Shown here: in pieces, positions 48,844-59,888 of the stretch
Layout of the letters: each line of letters starts with the position of its first letter
How positions within the stretch are numbered: the first letter of the stretch is position 1
Assembly: GCA_031549195.1 (NCBI GenBank)
Contig: JAVBQF010000005.1
Span: forward strand, 13,462 to 77,461
DNA length: 64,000 bases
DNA from: Bacilli bacterium
GTDB taxonomy: Bacteria > Bacillota_I > Bacilli_A > RF39 > UBA660
Direction of reading: 5' to 3'
Position numbers and translations under genes: made by a program
The notes under the pieces: model-generated
What the model was told of the DNA's origin: nothing
The model's database searches: none
The model's input: only the letters and a program-made list of their open reading frames with translations

Positions 48844-50850
48844 ATGAATAAGTATTTAAAAAGATTTTTAGTACTATGTTTTGTTGCTTCCTATTTTCTA
48901 AATATGGCTATGGTTTTTGCTGTTTCCACCACAACAGGAAAAGTAAGTGCTACTGGCAATGGAGTATTGGTAAGAGCAAATGCTGGAAGTAGTTATTCTA
49001 ACTTTGGATATGTTGGATACGGACAAAGTGTTAATATTAATCTAGATAATTCAAAACAAACACTTGATAATACAACTGGTTGTCCATCTGGATATTGGTA
49101 CTATATAACATCGCCAAAGACTGGATATGTATGTACATCTTATGTTTACATCGATAAACCAGATTCAATAATTACAGGTGTTGATATGTCCTTATTAGAT
49201 GATGATGCCTTTGATGAGTATTTAAAAAAGGAAGGGTTTCCAGTTAGTTATTACGCTAAACTTAAAGAGCTACATACTAAACATCCAAACTGGATATTTA
49301 AAGGAGTAAATACTTATAGGAACTGGACACATATTTTAAATGATGAAAGTGTCCTTGGTATGAGTTTATATCAGCTTTCATCAAGCAGAAAATCAGCAGG
49401 CTATGAAGCATACTTATCAACTGCAAGTGGAGCATATAATTGGGCAACTGATAAATTTAGCCCATATGATGGGTCGACATGGATGAATGCAAATAGAGAG
49501 ACTATTGCATATCACATTGATCCAAGAAATTTCTTAACAGAAAGCTATATCTTCATGTTTGAAGATTTAGGGTATAATTCTTCTTATACAAAAGATGATG
49601 TAGAAAAAATTATAAAGTCAGATTATACAAATTATATATTAGAAGCATCTAAAGCTTCTAATATATCAGCGATGTTCTTAGCATCGAGAATTAAACAAGA
49701 AGGGGTTTTAATAACAAAAGCAACAACTGGAGAAAATTTTGTCTGTGATGGTAAAACTTATAGCGGATATTATAATTTTTATAATATTGGAGCAACCAGT
49801 GGGGCTGATCCTGTAACTAATGGTTTATGCTATGCAATGGCAAAGGGATGGAATACGCCTGAAAAAGCTATTAAAGGTGGAGCCCAATTTCTATCTGGAA
49901 GTTATATTAATCAAGGACAATATACAAACTACTTTCAAAAATGGAATGTTTCATCTAGTACTCAAAGTAATATAACTCACCAGTATATGACAAACATAGA
50001 AGCACCAAGAAGCGAATCTTCAATTATATATTCTTCATATAAAAACATTAATATATTAGATAGTTCTTTTGTATTTTATATTCCATATTTTAATAATATG
50101 CCTGATACAACTACACTTCCAACACTGGGAAATCCAAATAACTGGTTAAAAAACCTACAAGTTGATTCTATTTCAGTAAATAATTTTAAAGGAGAAACTA
50201 CCAGTTATATTGTTACAGTTCCTTACAATACTACATCAGTAAATGTTACTGCTAGTGCTGTTAATTCTAGTTCTGCAATAGAAGGTATTGGAACAGTAAA
50301 GTTAGAAAGTGAAGAAACTACAGCAACAATTAAGGTAACGGCTGGTAATAAAACTACTAAGTCTTATACAATAAAGATTAAAAAAGATGCAGTACCTATT
50401 GATGTTGTATTTCCAGCAATTAGTGAAATAATAAATAAAACAAATGTAAAAACTAAAGATTCTAATATGAGCGGTATACTAATAGGTACAACTGCTACAA
50501 AATTAATTGATAGCATAAAAGCAGCTAGTGAGTCTGCAAATGTGACTATAATGGACAAACAAAACAAGATTAAAACTGGATCAATGCTTGCAACTAGTGA
50601 TAAAGTTACAATAGTAAGTGGAACAGAAACACTTACTTATACAGTTATAATTTATGGTGATACTAATGGTGATGGTAATATAAGTGCCATTGACTTATTG
50701 CAAATACAAAAAGATATACTAGGATACACAAAACTTAGTGGTATATATAAAGATGCAGCTGATACAAACAAAGATGGGAAAATATCGGCAGTTGATTTAT
50801 TACAAGTACAAAAGAGTATCTTAGGATATGGAACCATTCCACAATCATAG
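48844..50850 (+). CDS. Secreted multi-domain cell-wall hydrolase: SH3b-like, GH73-like glucosaminidase, cadherin-like beta-sandwich, C-terminal type I dockerin
   Basis: Signal peptide; glucosaminidase-like region SAMFLASRIKQEGV...YYNFYNIGA; C-terminal dockerin duplicated Ca-binding repeats GDTNGDGNISAIDLLQIQKDILGY / DTNKDGKISAVDLLQVQKSILGY. Confidence 0.7.
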   Translation: MNKYLKRFLVLCFVASYFLNMAMVFAVSTTTGKVSATGNGVLVRANAGSSYSNFGYVGYGQSVNINLDNSKQTLDNTTGCPSGYWYYITSPKTGYVCTSYVYIDKPDSIITGVDMSLLDDDAFDEYLKKEGFPVSYYAKLKELHTKHPNWIFKGVNTYRNWTHILNDESVLGMSLYQLSSSRKSAGYEAYLSTASGAYNWATDKFSPYDGSTWMNANRETIAYHIDPRNFLTESYIFMFEDLGYNSSYTKDDVEKIIKSDYTNYILEASKASNISAMFLASRIKQEGVLITKATTGENFVCDGKTYSGYYNFYNIGATSGADPVTNGLCYAMAKGWNTPEKAIKGGAQFLSGSYINQGQYTNYFQKWNVSSSTQSNITHQYMTNIEAPRSESSIIYSSYKNINILDSSFVFYIPYFNNMPDTTTLPTLGNPNNWLKNLQVDSISVNNFKGETTSYIVTVPYNTTSVNVTASAVNSSSAIEGIGTVKLESEETTATIKVTAGNKTTKSYTIKIKKDAVPIDVVFPAISEIINKTNVKTKDSNMSGILIGTTATKLIDSIKAASESANVTIMDKQNKIKTGSMLATSDKVTIVSGTETLTYTVIIYGDTNGDGNISAIDLLQIQKDILGYTKLSGIYKDAADTNKDGKISAVDLLQVQKSILGYGTIPQS

Positions 50851-50858
50851 GAGGTAAA

Positions 50859-52313
50859 ATGAAATATATTAAATATTTATCCATAGCGTTACTAATAAAT
50901 CTTATCGGTATTTTAAATGTATCTGCAGCAACTGCTAATGTTTCAGTTTATTCAAACTTAGCTACAGTAGTTGTAGGTAACCAAGTAAATATAACATTTC
51001 AATTATCATCAACATCAGCACTTGGTTCGTGGGCATATCAAATAAGTTATGATTCATCAAAATTCAACTTTAAAAGTTGTAGCAACGGGCAGTCATTAAC
51101 TCAAGTTGGATATGTATCAAATGGAAATACTAAAACAACATCCGTGACCTGCTATTTTAATGCTAAAGCAAGTGGAACTGGTACATTTACACTTAGGAAT
51201 GCCGATATAGTTGCGTGGGATGAAAGTAAAATGGGAGTAAGTAATTCTTCAAAATCAGTAAAGGTAATTACACAAGCTGAACTAGAAGCATCTTACAGTA
51301 AAAACAACAACTTAAGTTCCCTATCAATTACTGGTAATAATATAACTCCATCATTTAATAAAGATACACTCGAATATAATTTAGAAGTTGAAAACGATAT
51401 TAGAAAAATAACTATAAACGCTACAAAAGAAGACAATAAATCCTCTATAACAGGGACTGGTGAAAAAGACCTCACAGAAGGACTGAACAAGTTTGCAATT
51501 GTAGTAACTGCGCAAAACGGTAGTAAAAAAACTTATACAGTTAATATAACCGTAAAAGAATTAACACCAATAATTGTAAAAATTGATAGCAAAGACTACA
51601 CTGTAGTTAGAAAAAAGGACTTATTAAAATCTCCAAATGCTTATTATCAAGACACAACAATTAAAATAGAAGACTTTGATATTCCAGCATTCATTAACGA
51701 GACAATTGGTTATACTCTAGTTGGACTAAAAGATAGTGATAATAATATTAATTTATTTGTCTATAATAAAGATAATAATACATATAGAGAATACAAAGAA
51801 ACGACATTTAATCAGCTTATACTTGAAATGGTAAATAATGATGAGAAAATGCCAGGCAATTATAAAAGAGTTACCATTACTATGAATGATGAAGAGATAG
51901 AAGGATATAAACTAGACATCAAGTCTAAATACTCATTAATATATGCAAGAAACATAGAAACTGGAGAATACAACATTTATATGTATGATAGTATTGAAAA
52001 TACTATCCAACGCTATAACACTGAAGAAGTTAATAAACTAAACGAAGAGCTAAATGAAACTAAAACTTTATATGAATACATCATAATGGGAATTGGTGGT
52101 TTCTTAATACTTACTTACTTGGTATTCTTAATATCACTTATATCTAAAGAGAAAAAAAGAAAAAAGAGTATACAAGAAAATAATAGACCAAGTATCGTTG
52201 AAGAAGAAAAAAAGGATAAAGTTGATATTAAAGAAGAAAATACTATTGATGATGCTTCAGAAATTTTAGAAGATGATAAGAAAAGCAACAAAAGAAAAAG
52301 TAGGAAGAAGTAA
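50859..52313 (+). CDS. Membrane-anchored surface protein with N-terminal cohesin-like domain, cadherin-like beta-sandwich domain, C-terminal TM and Lys-rich tail
   Basis: Signal peptide; ANVSVYSNLATVVVGNQVNITFQLSS...YQISYDSSKFNF...GTGTFTL fits cohesin beta-sandwich pattern; C-terminal TM IMGIGGFLILTYLVFLISLI then KEKKRKK. Confidence 0.6.
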   Translation: MKYIKYLSIALLINLIGILNVSAATANVSVYSNLATVVVGNQVNITFQLSSTSALGSWAYQISYDSSKFNFKSCSNGQSLTQVGYVSNGNTKTTSVTCYFNAKASGTGTFTLRNADIVAWDESKMGVSNSSKSVKVITQAELEASYSKNNNLSSLSITGNNITPSFNKDTLEYNLEVENDIRKITINATKEDNKSSITGTGEKDLTEGLNKFAIVVTAQNGSKKTYTVNITVKELTPIIVKIDSKDYTVVRKKDLLKSPNAYYQDTTIKIEDFDIPAFINETIGYTLVGLKDSDNNINLFVYNKDNNTYREYKETTFNQLILEMVNNDEKMPGNYKRVTITMNDEEIEGYKLDIKSKYSLIYARNIETGEYNIYMYDSIENTIQRYNTEEVNKLNEELNETKTLYEYIIMGIGGFLILTYLVFLISLISKEKKRKKSIQENNRPSIVEEEKKDKVDIKEENTIDDASEILEDDKKSNKRKSRKK

Positions 52314-52345
52314 ATCTTCTTTTTATTTCCAATATTGGAGGAATT

Positions 52346-54439
52346 ATGAAAAAGAAAACAAAAATCAAATTTAATAAGTTATTTATACTAATATGTTTAA
52401 TAGCTAGTTTATATTTTATAAGGTCTCTTCTTTTACTTGGACCAATAGAGAGGTTATTAATGTATCTTATAATTGGGATTGTATTAGTAATAGACTCTTT
52501 CTTTATATTAAAGTTATTCAAAGGTAAAAAGAAAAGCTTTATTACCTTTATTACAATATTTTTAACAATTATATATATAGTAATAGGAGCCAATGTAAGT
52601 AAAATATATTCTATTATTTCTGATATTAATAAAGAGTATATTACCTACTCTACTAGTCTTGTAACATTAAAACAAAACAGTTCCAATATAAAAGATATTA
52701 AAGATAAAACTATTGGTATTTTAAATGATACAAATTCAATCGAGGGTTATACTCTTGCACATAGTATAATAAAAGACAACAAGCTATTAGATAATAATAA
52801 TAAATTGATTGAGTATGATAGCTTCAACAGTATGATTGCAGCACTTTTAAACAAAAAAGTAGATTACGCTTTTTTACCCGCTAGCTATGTTGATATCTTT
52901 GGCTCAACTGAAGAATTTGAGTCATTAAGTAATGATACTAAGGTATTAACAACTGAAACAAAGAACGAAAAAAAAGACATTTCCAAACTAGAAGGAAGCT
53001 CCAAGGATATTACCAAACCATTTACTATGTTAATATTAGGAATAGATTCTACTACTAACGGATTAACAAATGCTGACTCTTTTAACGGAGATTCAATCAT
53101 GGTTGTTACATTCAATCCCAAAAATTTAACTGCAACTATGTTAAGCATTCCACGAGATACATATGTACCAATTGCATGCTTTCCTGGAAAATATGAAAAT
53201 AAAATTACACATGCCGCTAGTAAAGGTACACAGTGTATGATTGATACAATAGAAGACTTTATAGGAATTAAAATTGATTATTATATGAAAATTAACTTTA
53301 CTGGAGTTGTTGACTTAGTAAATTCACTTGAAGGTGTTGAAGTTCAGGTGCCCTATAGTTTCTGTGAACAAAACAGCAAAAGACAATTTGGTAATAAAAT
53401 GATTTATGTCAAAGAAGGAAGACAAACATTAAACGGAGAACAAGCTTTAGCGCTATCTCGTAATAGAAAGTCAAATTCAGAATTTTGTAGTAGTGAATGG
53501 ACGAAAGGAACAAGAAATGATTTTGTAAGAGGCGCTAATCAACAACTTGTAATACAAGGGATTATAAACAAAGCCAAGACTATTACAAATATCAATAAAA
53601 TTTATGATATCCTAGAGGTAATATCAAAAAATATGGATACGAATATGTCTACTTCTACAATGCTTTCTTTTTATAACATTGCAAAAGATATTCTAATAAG
53701 AAGTAAAAACTCTTCTGAGTTAGTTGCAATTGAAAAGTTATACGTTGCAGGATATGGGCAAACAATATATGATGAAAGAACGGGATTACAACTTTGGAAT
53801 TATGTACCAAATAAAAGAAGCGTTACTGATTTTGTAAAAGCAATGAAAGAAAATTTAGAATTGGTTGATCATACATTAATAAAAGAGTTTAGCTATACGC
53901 CTTCTGAGGAATATGTAACACCAGTAACCGGGAAAGGTCCATATCAAGTGTATACTACTTATGACTTATTACCAGATTTTACTAAAATGACAAAGGTGCA
54001 AGCTACTTCTTGGGCAAATAAATATAGTATAACTTTAAATTTTAAAGAAGTTAACAATTCAAGCTACTCCACAGGAAGCATTATAAGTCAGAATTATCCA
54101 GTTAACAAAAGATGTGACAAAATAGATAATAAAACTGTTACACTGACAATTGTTAATAATACTTCTGAAGTAACACCACCTGTTAAAACAAAGATTGATT
54201 GCACTGATCCGAATAATATTACAAACACAGCTTGTATTCTACCAGACTTTACTGGTAAAACTAAAAGTTACGTAAATACTTGGGCAGCAAAATTCTCAAA
54301 TGTTATTATTATTAACTATAAAGAAGAAGAAAATACACTAGAATCTAATACGATTACTAATCAATCGATAACTAAAGGAACAACAATAAGTGATATGGTT
54401 AGTGGCAGTATGATATTAACTTTAACAATTGCAAAGTAG
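52346..54439 (+). CDS. LytR-CpsA-Psr (LCP) family cell-wall polymer transferase with C-terminal PASTA-like repeats
   Basis: N-terminal TM; LCP core LGIDSTTNG...DSIMVVTFNP...SIPRDTYVPIA; two C-terminal repeats LLPDFTKMTKVQATSWANKYSITLNFKEV / ILPDFTGKTKSYVNTWAAKFSNVIIINYKEE. Confidence 0.85.
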   Translation: MKKKTKIKFNKLFILICLIASLYFIRSLLLLGPIERLLMYLIIGIVLVIDSFFILKLFKGKKKSFITFITIFLTIIYIVIGANVSKIYSIISDINKEYITYSTSLVTLKQNSSNIKDIKDKTIGILNDTNSIEGYTLAHSIIKDNKLLDNNNKLIEYDSFNSMIAALLNKKVDYAFLPASYVDIFGSTEEFESLSNDTKVLTTETKNEKKDISKLEGSSKDITKPFTMLILGIDSTTNGLTNADSFNGDSIMVVTFNPKNLTATMLSIPRDTYVPIACFPGKYENKITHAASKGTQCMIDTIEDFIGIKIDYYMKINFTGVVDLVNSLEGVEVQVPYSFCEQNSKRQFGNKMIYVKEGRQTLNGEQALALSRNRKSNSEFCSSEWTKGTRNDFVRGANQQLVIQGIINKAKTITNINKIYDILEVISKNMDTNMSTSTMLSFYNIAKDILIRSKNSSELVAIEKLYVAGYGQTIYDERTGLQLWNYVPNKRSVTDFVKAMKENLELVDHTLIKEFSYTPSEEYVTPVTGKGPYQVYTTYDLLPDFTKMTKVQATSWANKYSITLNFKEVNNSSYSTGSIISQNYPVNKRCDKIDNKTVTLTIVNNTSEVTPPVKTKIDCTDPNNITNTACILPDFTGKTKSYVNTWAAKFSNVIIINYKEEENTLESNTITNQSITKGTTISDMVSGSMILTLTIAK

Positions 54440-54579
54440 AAATAGCTTAATTGCTATTTTTATTATATAAAATATTTATGTATAGGCATTATTTGACACA
54501 TATTCACTAGACAAAAAAAAGCTTTCATAGTATAATTTCATAGTTAGTTCTTTTAATACTATATAAGAAAGGAGATTTT

Positions 54580-56280
54580 ATGAACGAAACAAAATCCGAA
54601 ACCAAAGTTATTGTTTTAGGTGGTTTAGGAGAAGTAGGAAAAAACATGTATTGTTTAATGCATGAAGATGAAATTATTATTATCGATGCAGGGATTAGTA
54701 TTCCAGATGGCGGTCTTCTTGGAATTGACTATATTTTACCAGATTATACATTCTTAAAACAAAATCAAGAAAAAGTAAAAGCTTTAATTATTACTCATGG
54801 ACACGAAGATCATATTGGAGCAATTCCTTTTTTAATACAAAACGTAGATGTACCAGCAATTTATGCTCCTAATCAAGCAAAGGAGTTAATTGCATTAAAA
54901 CTTGAGGATAGAAATGTCAGATATGACAATCTATCTGCATATAATGATGAAACAATATTAAAGTTTAAGCATTTTCAAGTTGAGTTTTTTAGAACAACTC
55001 ACTCTATTCCAGATTCACATGGAATATTAATTAAAACACCTAATGGTAATGTTGTCACAACAGGAGACTTTAAGTTTGACTTTACACCTATTGGTCCAAT
55101 GGCGGACCTGCATAAAATGGCAGAAATTGGGAAAAATGGGGTTGATCTTCTTATAAGTGATTCAACAAATGCATTAAATGAAGGAATAAGTGATAGCGAG
55201 ACTAAGGTTGACAGTGTACTAAACGAAATATTTGATGAATACACAACTAGTCGCATTATCATAGCAACATTTGCTTCAAACATATATAGATTAAAACATA
55301 TTGTAGAAACTTGCTATAATCATGGAAGAAAAATATGTGTATTTGGTAGAAGTATGGATAACAATATTCAAATTTCTATGAAAGGTGGATATATTGACCA
55401 TAAAGATATCTTAGTTACTCCAGAAGAAGCTAATTCTATGAAGCCAGGAGAAATTGCTATTCTTTGTACAGGAAGCCAAGGTGAACCACTTGCAGCACTA
55501 TCACGTATTGCAAATGGTAGTCATAAGCAAATTAAACTTATGCCTCATGACATAGTAGTATTCTCATCTTCTCCAATACCAGGTAATGCAGTTTCTATTG
55601 GAAATACAATAAACAAATTATATCTACAAGGAGTAAAAGTATTTACTAATACTTCAATGGATGGTATTCATACATCAGGACATGCCAATATGGAAGAATT
55701 AAAGCTTATGATAAGACTTATTATGCCTAAGTATTTAATGCCTTTCCATGGCGATTACAGAATGCTTAAAAGCCATGCAAATTTAGGTATTGAATGTGGT
55801 ATTCCAAAAGAAAATACATTTGTACTTCAAAACGGTAATACCCTATCTATAAAAAATCATGGTATTACACAAAGTGATTCAGTAATATCAAGTGATGTGT
55901 ATGTAGATGGTAATAGGCTCGGAGAAATAAATGGCGCAGTACTTCGTGATCGTAAGATAATGGCTAGCGATGGTATATTAGTAGTAATTGCAAATATTGA
56001 TATGAAAAATAAACAATTGTTAATTAAACCTAATATAACAACGAGAGGATTCATACTAATAAATGAAAATGAAGCTTTAATTAAAAAAATTGAACATATT
56101 GCCGAAAGTGTCATACAAAATAAATTAAAAGAACCTAACACCACTTTCAACGATATAAAAAGTCAAATAACTGCTGAACTATTTCCATTTATATATGAAC
56201 TTACTGGAAGAAAGCCAATTATATTACCCGTTATATTAGACATAAAAAAAGAAAATAAAACACAACAAAACCAAGAATAA
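54580..56280 (+). CDS. rnj: Ribonuclease J (metallo-beta-lactamase/beta-CASP)
   Basis: IITHGHEDHIGAIPFL motif; 566 aa RNase J architecture. Confidence 0.9.
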   Translation: MNETKSETKVIVLGGLGEVGKNMYCLMHEDEIIIIDAGISIPDGGLLGIDYILPDYTFLKQNQEKVKALIITHGHEDHIGAIPFLIQNVDVPAIYAPNQAKELIALKLEDRNVRYDNLSAYNDETILKFKHFQVEFFRTTHSIPDSHGILIKTPNGNVVTTGDFKFDFTPIGPMADLHKMAEIGKNGVDLLISDSTNALNEGISDSETKVDSVLNEIFDEYTTSRIIIATFASNIYRLKHIVETCYNHGRKICVFGRSMDNNIQISMKGGYIDHKDILVTPEEANSMKPGEIAILCTGSQGEPLAALSRIANGSHKQIKLMPHDIVVFSSSPIPGNAVSIGNTINKLYLQGVKVFTNTSMDGIHTSGHANMEELKLMIRLIMPKYLMPFHGDYRMLKSHANLGIECGIPKENTFVLQNGNTLSIKNHGITQSDSVISSDVYVDGNRLGEINGAVLRDRKIMASDGILVVIANIDMKNKQLLIKPNITTRGFILINENEALIKKIEHIAESVIQNKLKEPNTTFNDIKSQITAELFPFIYELTGRKPIILPVILDIKKENKTQQNQE

Positions 56281-56313
56281 ATCTTGGTTTCTTTTTTTAT
56301 AAAAAAGAAGCAA

Positions 56314-57864
56314 CTATTTTGCTTCTTCTTGTGCCCTTGTTTCTCTTATTACTGTTACCTTTATTGTACCAGGGTATTGCATTGTAGATTCAATTTTTTC
56401 TTTTACATCTCTAGCTATCTTATATGCACCTAAATCATCAATTTCTTCAGGTTTAACGATAACTCTTATCTCACGACCAGCTTGAACTGCAAATGTCTTA
56501 TCAACACCTTTTATTTGATTACCAATTCCCTCTAGTTGTTCAAGACGTTTTAGATAGTTCTCTAAGGAATCATTCCTTGCTCCTGGACGTGAAGCTGATA
56601 GAGCATCTGCAATAGCTACTATAACTGATATTACTGTATTTGCTTCATTATCACCATGATGTGATGCAATAGAATTAATAACAGTACTTGACTCATTATA
56701 TTTCTTAGCTATATCCATACCAATCTCAACATGGCTTCCTTCAATTTCATGATCAATTGCTTTACCAATGTCATGTAGTAATCCAGCACGTTTAGCTAAC
56801 ATTACGCTTTCCCCTAGCTCACTTGCAAGAAGACCGGATAGGTGTGCAACTTCCATTGAATGCTCTAAAGCATTTTGTCCATAACTTGTTCTAAAGTGAA
56901 GTTTACCAAGTATTTCTATTAACTCAGGATCAAACTTAGTTAGCCCAAGTTCAAACAATGAATTATTTCCATATTCTATAATCTTACTCTTCATATCTTT
57001 TGTAACTTTATCATATAACTCTTCAATTCTAGTTGGATGTATTCTTCCATCTTTAATCAAAGTCTCAAGTGTTACTCTTGCTATTTCTCTTCTAAGCGGA
57101 TCAAAGCTAGAAAGTACCACAGCTTCTGGAGTATCATCAATAATTAAATCAACACCAGTAATAGCTTCAATAGTTCTTATATTTCTTCCTTCTCTACCAA
57201 TTATTCTACCCTTCATCTCATCGTTAGGTAGTGCAACCGTTGTAACAGTTTGTTCACTTGATAAATCAGCAGCATATCTTTGCATTGAAGATACTATTAA
57301 TTCTTTAGCTTTCTTATCAGCCTCTAATTTAGCTTCATTTTCTCTTTCTTTAATAAACCCAGCTATTTCCTTTGATAAGTTCTCTTCCACTTGTTTCATA
57401 ACTAGTTCTTTTGCTTGGTCTTTGTTTAATTCAGATATCTTTAGTAGTTTCTCAAGTTGTTCTTGTTTTAGTTCTTCCACTTTTGCTTGTTCATCTTGGA
57501 TTTCTTTTTGAAAATCTAATATTTTTTTTTCTTTTTCATCAATTACTAATTCTCTTTTTTGGAAAAGTTCATCACGTTTATCCATGTTACTTTCCCTTTG
57601 CATAAGTCTTTCTTCAGATAATTTTAATTCTTCTTTTCTCTCTTTAACTTCTTTTTCATTTTCTAATTTCAACTTATGTATTTCTTCTTTTGCCTCAAAT
57701 AGCGAATCTCTCTTCGCTTTCTCAGCTTCTCTTCTCGCCTTTTCAATAAGTTCTTCAGATCTCTTAGCAACATTGTTTTCTTTTCTATTAGTAATAATAG
57801 AATTTACTAAAAAACCTCCTGATATTCCAACAATAACTAGCAAAACGGAGATTAATATGTCCAT
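56314..57864 (-). CDS. rny: Ribonuclease Y
   Basis: N-terminal TM, long coiled coil, KH domain ([12 protein letters not shown]), HD domain ([17 protein letters not shown]...HDIGK). Confidence 0.9.
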   Translation of the reverse strand: MDILISVLLVIVGISGGFLVNSIITNRKENNVAKRSEELIEKARREAEKAKRDSLFEAKEEIHKLKLENEKEVKERKEELKLSEERLMQRESNMDKRDELFQKRELVIDEKEKKILDFQKEIQDEQAKVEELKQEQLEKLLKISELNKDQAKELVMKQVEENLSKEIAGFIKERENEAKLEADKKAKELIVSSMQRYAADLSSEQTVTTVALPNDEMKGRIIGREGRNIRTIEAITGVDLIIDDTPEAVVLSSFDPLRREIARVTLETLIKDGRIHPTRIEELYDKVTKDMKSKIIEYGNNSLFELGLTKFDPELIEILGKLHFRTSYGQNALEHSMEVAHLSGLLASELGESVMLAKRAGLLHDIGKAIDHEIEGSHVEIGMDIAKKYNESSTVINSIASHHGDNEANTVISVIVAIADALSASRPGARNDSLENYLKRLEQLEGIGNQIKGVDKTFAVQAGREIRVIVKPEEIDDLGAYKIARDVKEKIESTMQYPGTIKVTVIRETRAQEEAK

Positions 57865-58090
57865 AATATTCCTCCATTCTATATATGTTAAATTTTTTAC
57901 AAATTTATAACATCTATTTCTATTGTAGAGTCTTTTATTTGGGTTGTCAACAATTATTAAACTTCACAAAGTTATCTATTTGATAATTATAATTACTACT
58001 TGTTAACATAATAAGCATCCCTACATTTTTGCATCTCAAATAGCACCTCTATTATACAATAATCAATAAATTTTCTTTGCTTTATTCACA

Positions 58091-58113
58091 ATAAAAAGCT
58101 CACATTACTGTGA
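58091..58113 (-). terminator. Candidate Rho-independent terminator after recA
   Basis: Minus RNA UCACAGUAAUGUGA hairpin followed by GCUUUUUAUU. Confidence 0.4.
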
Positions 58114-58122
58114 ACTATTATA

Positions 58123-59142
58123 TTATTGCTCTTCTTTTTTAACAGACTTAGCAATACCATAGAATTCTCTTGTTTTTGTCTCTATTTCATCACGTAATCC
58201 AGTATTTTCTTTAAGAAGTAATTTTACATTTTCTTTTCCTTGACCTAATTTTTCTCCCTTGTATGCAAACCACGCTCCACTCTTCTCAATAATATTAGCA
58301 TTGCTTGCAAGATCAATTAGTTCTCCTTCTCTACTTACACCTTCACCATACATAATATCAACTACTGCTGCTTTAAATGGTGGTGCTACTTTATTCTTAA
58401 CAACCTTGACAGTTGTTTTAGCACCAATTGCTGCATCCCCTAGTTTTAGTTGTTCCGTTCTTCTTACATCAAGTCTAATTGTTGAATAAAACTTTAATGC
58501 ACGTCCTCCTGGAGTTGTTTCAGGGTTTCCAAACATAACTCCAACTTTTTCTCTTAACTGGTTAATAAATATTGTAATTGTCTTTGTCTTATTAATAGTA
58601 CCAGATAGTTTACGTAGAGCTTGCGACATAAGTCTTGCTTGTAATCCTACGTGTGAATCTCCCATTTCTCCATCGATTTCCGCTTGTGGTACTAAAGCTG
58701 CTACTGAGTCTATTACTATAATACTAATAGCTTCACTTCTAACTAAAGCTTCACAAATTTCTAATGCCTGTTCTCCTGTATCAGGTTGTGATAATAAAAG
58801 CTCATTTACGTTAACACCTAAATTCTTTGCATAATTAGGATCTAGTGCATGTTCTGCATCTATAAATGCTGCTCTTCCACCAGCTTTTTGTACTTCTGCA
58901 ATTGCGTGTAATGCAAAAGTAGTTTTACCACTTGATTCAGGTCCATAAATTTCTACTATTCTTCCCTTTGGATATCCTCCAACACCTAATGCTATATCTA
59001 AAGATATTGACCCAGAAGAGCAAACATCTACTTCCATATGTTTACTTTCTCCTAATTTCATTATTGATCCTTTACCAAATTGTTTTTCAATATCACTTAA
59101 TACTTGTTCTAATGTTTTATCTCCATTTGCTAGTTTGCTCAT
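58123..59142 (-). CDS. recA: Recombinase RecA
   Basis: Canonical RecA: Walker [11 protein letters not shown]1/L2 loops, 339 aa. Confidence 0.95.
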   Translation of the reverse strand: MSKLANGDKTLEQVLSDIEKQFGKGSIMKLGESKHMEVDVCSSGSISLDIALGVGGYPKGRIVEIYGPESSGKTTFALHAIAEVQKAGGRAAFIDAEHALDPNYAKNLGVNVNELLLSQPDTGEQALEICEALVRSEAISIIVIDSVAALVPQAEIDGEMGDSHVGLQARLMSQALRKLSGTINKTKTITIFINQLREKVGVMFGNPETTPGGRALKFYSTIRLDVRRTEQLKLGDAAIGAKTTVKVVKNKVAPPFKAAVVDIMYGEGVSREGELIDLASNANIIEKSGAWFAYKGEKLGQGKENVKLLLKENTGLRDEIETKTREFYGIAKSVKKEEQ

Positions 59143-59214
59143 AAATTACCTCCACATATTTACTTACAAATCAATCATACAACATAAAATTGTAAATTGC
59201 AAGATGTTTTTTCA

Positions 59215-59226
59215 AACAATTGTTTG
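59215..59226. promoter_or_regulatory. Candidate LexA/Cheo-like SOS operator upstream of recA (perfect 12-bp palindrome AAACAATTGTTT)
   Basis: Palindrome about 75 nt upstream of recA start resembles Firmicutes Cheo box GAAC-N4-GTTC with G->A in outer position. Confidence 0.3.
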
Positions 59227-59291
59227 TTTATTTTGTAATCCTTTATTTTCAAAGAAAAAAAGAATTCTATAATAGAATTCTTTATTTTTAA

Positions 59292-59888
59292 TTAGCTATT
59301 TTGATCAATTATTAATTTCTTATTAATACTATAATACTCAATCATCGAAACAATTGACATTATAGTGGCAAAATATAGTAAGAAATCTGCCACATTCAAA
59401 TTCCATAGTTCAAATGGCAAGTTATAAAAGAATGCTAATGAAGTTCCTACCATTAATGCTGCTGTCTTCAATTTTCCACTATTGATAGCTGCTACTACTT
59501 TACCTTTAGCAGCTGCCTCCATCTTAATAGCATTAACAACTATATCTCTTAATACTACAACAACTGGTATAACCGCATTTATATGACCTGTTGAAGCTAA
59601 AATAATTAAAACTGAATTTACTAATATCTTATCTGCTATAGCATCAAGCATCTTACCAGTATTTGTAACAAGTCCTCTTTTTCTTGCAAGATAGCCATCT
59701 AAAAAATCTGTAAAGCTAGCAACAATGAATAATATTCCTGATATTATATACTTTGACTCAACCCATATTTTTACAATATGCCATTTTGGGAATTCTATAT
59801 TAATCATATAAAATGGAAATAACATTATAAATACAATAACAATAGATAAAACTATTCTAGTTACTGTCAATTTAGTAGGTAAATTCAT
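59292..59888 (-). CDS. pgsA: CDP-diacylglycerol--glycerol-3-phosphate 3-phosphatidyltransferase
   Basis: DFLDGYLARKRGLVTNTGKMLDAIADKIL CDP-alcohol phosphatidyltransferase motif; position upstream of recA as in Bacillus. Confidence 0.9.
   Translation of the reverse strand: MNLPTKLTVTRIVLSIVIVFIMLFPFYMINIEFPKWHIVKIWVESKYIISGILFIVASFTDFLDGYLARKRGLVTNTGKMLDAIADKILVNSVLIILASTGHINAVIPVVVVLRDIVVNAIKMEAAAKGKVVAAINSGKLKTAALMVGTSLAFFYNLPFELWNLNVADFLLYFATIMSIVSMIEYYSINKKLIIDQNS

Noticed and set aside
56304-56328. Hairpin AAGAAGCA...UGCUUCUU between convergent rnjA and rny, considered as a bidirectional terminator.
   Set aside because: The right arm lies within the last codons of rny and no U-tract follows on either strand. 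Evidence is too weak to report it as a feature.
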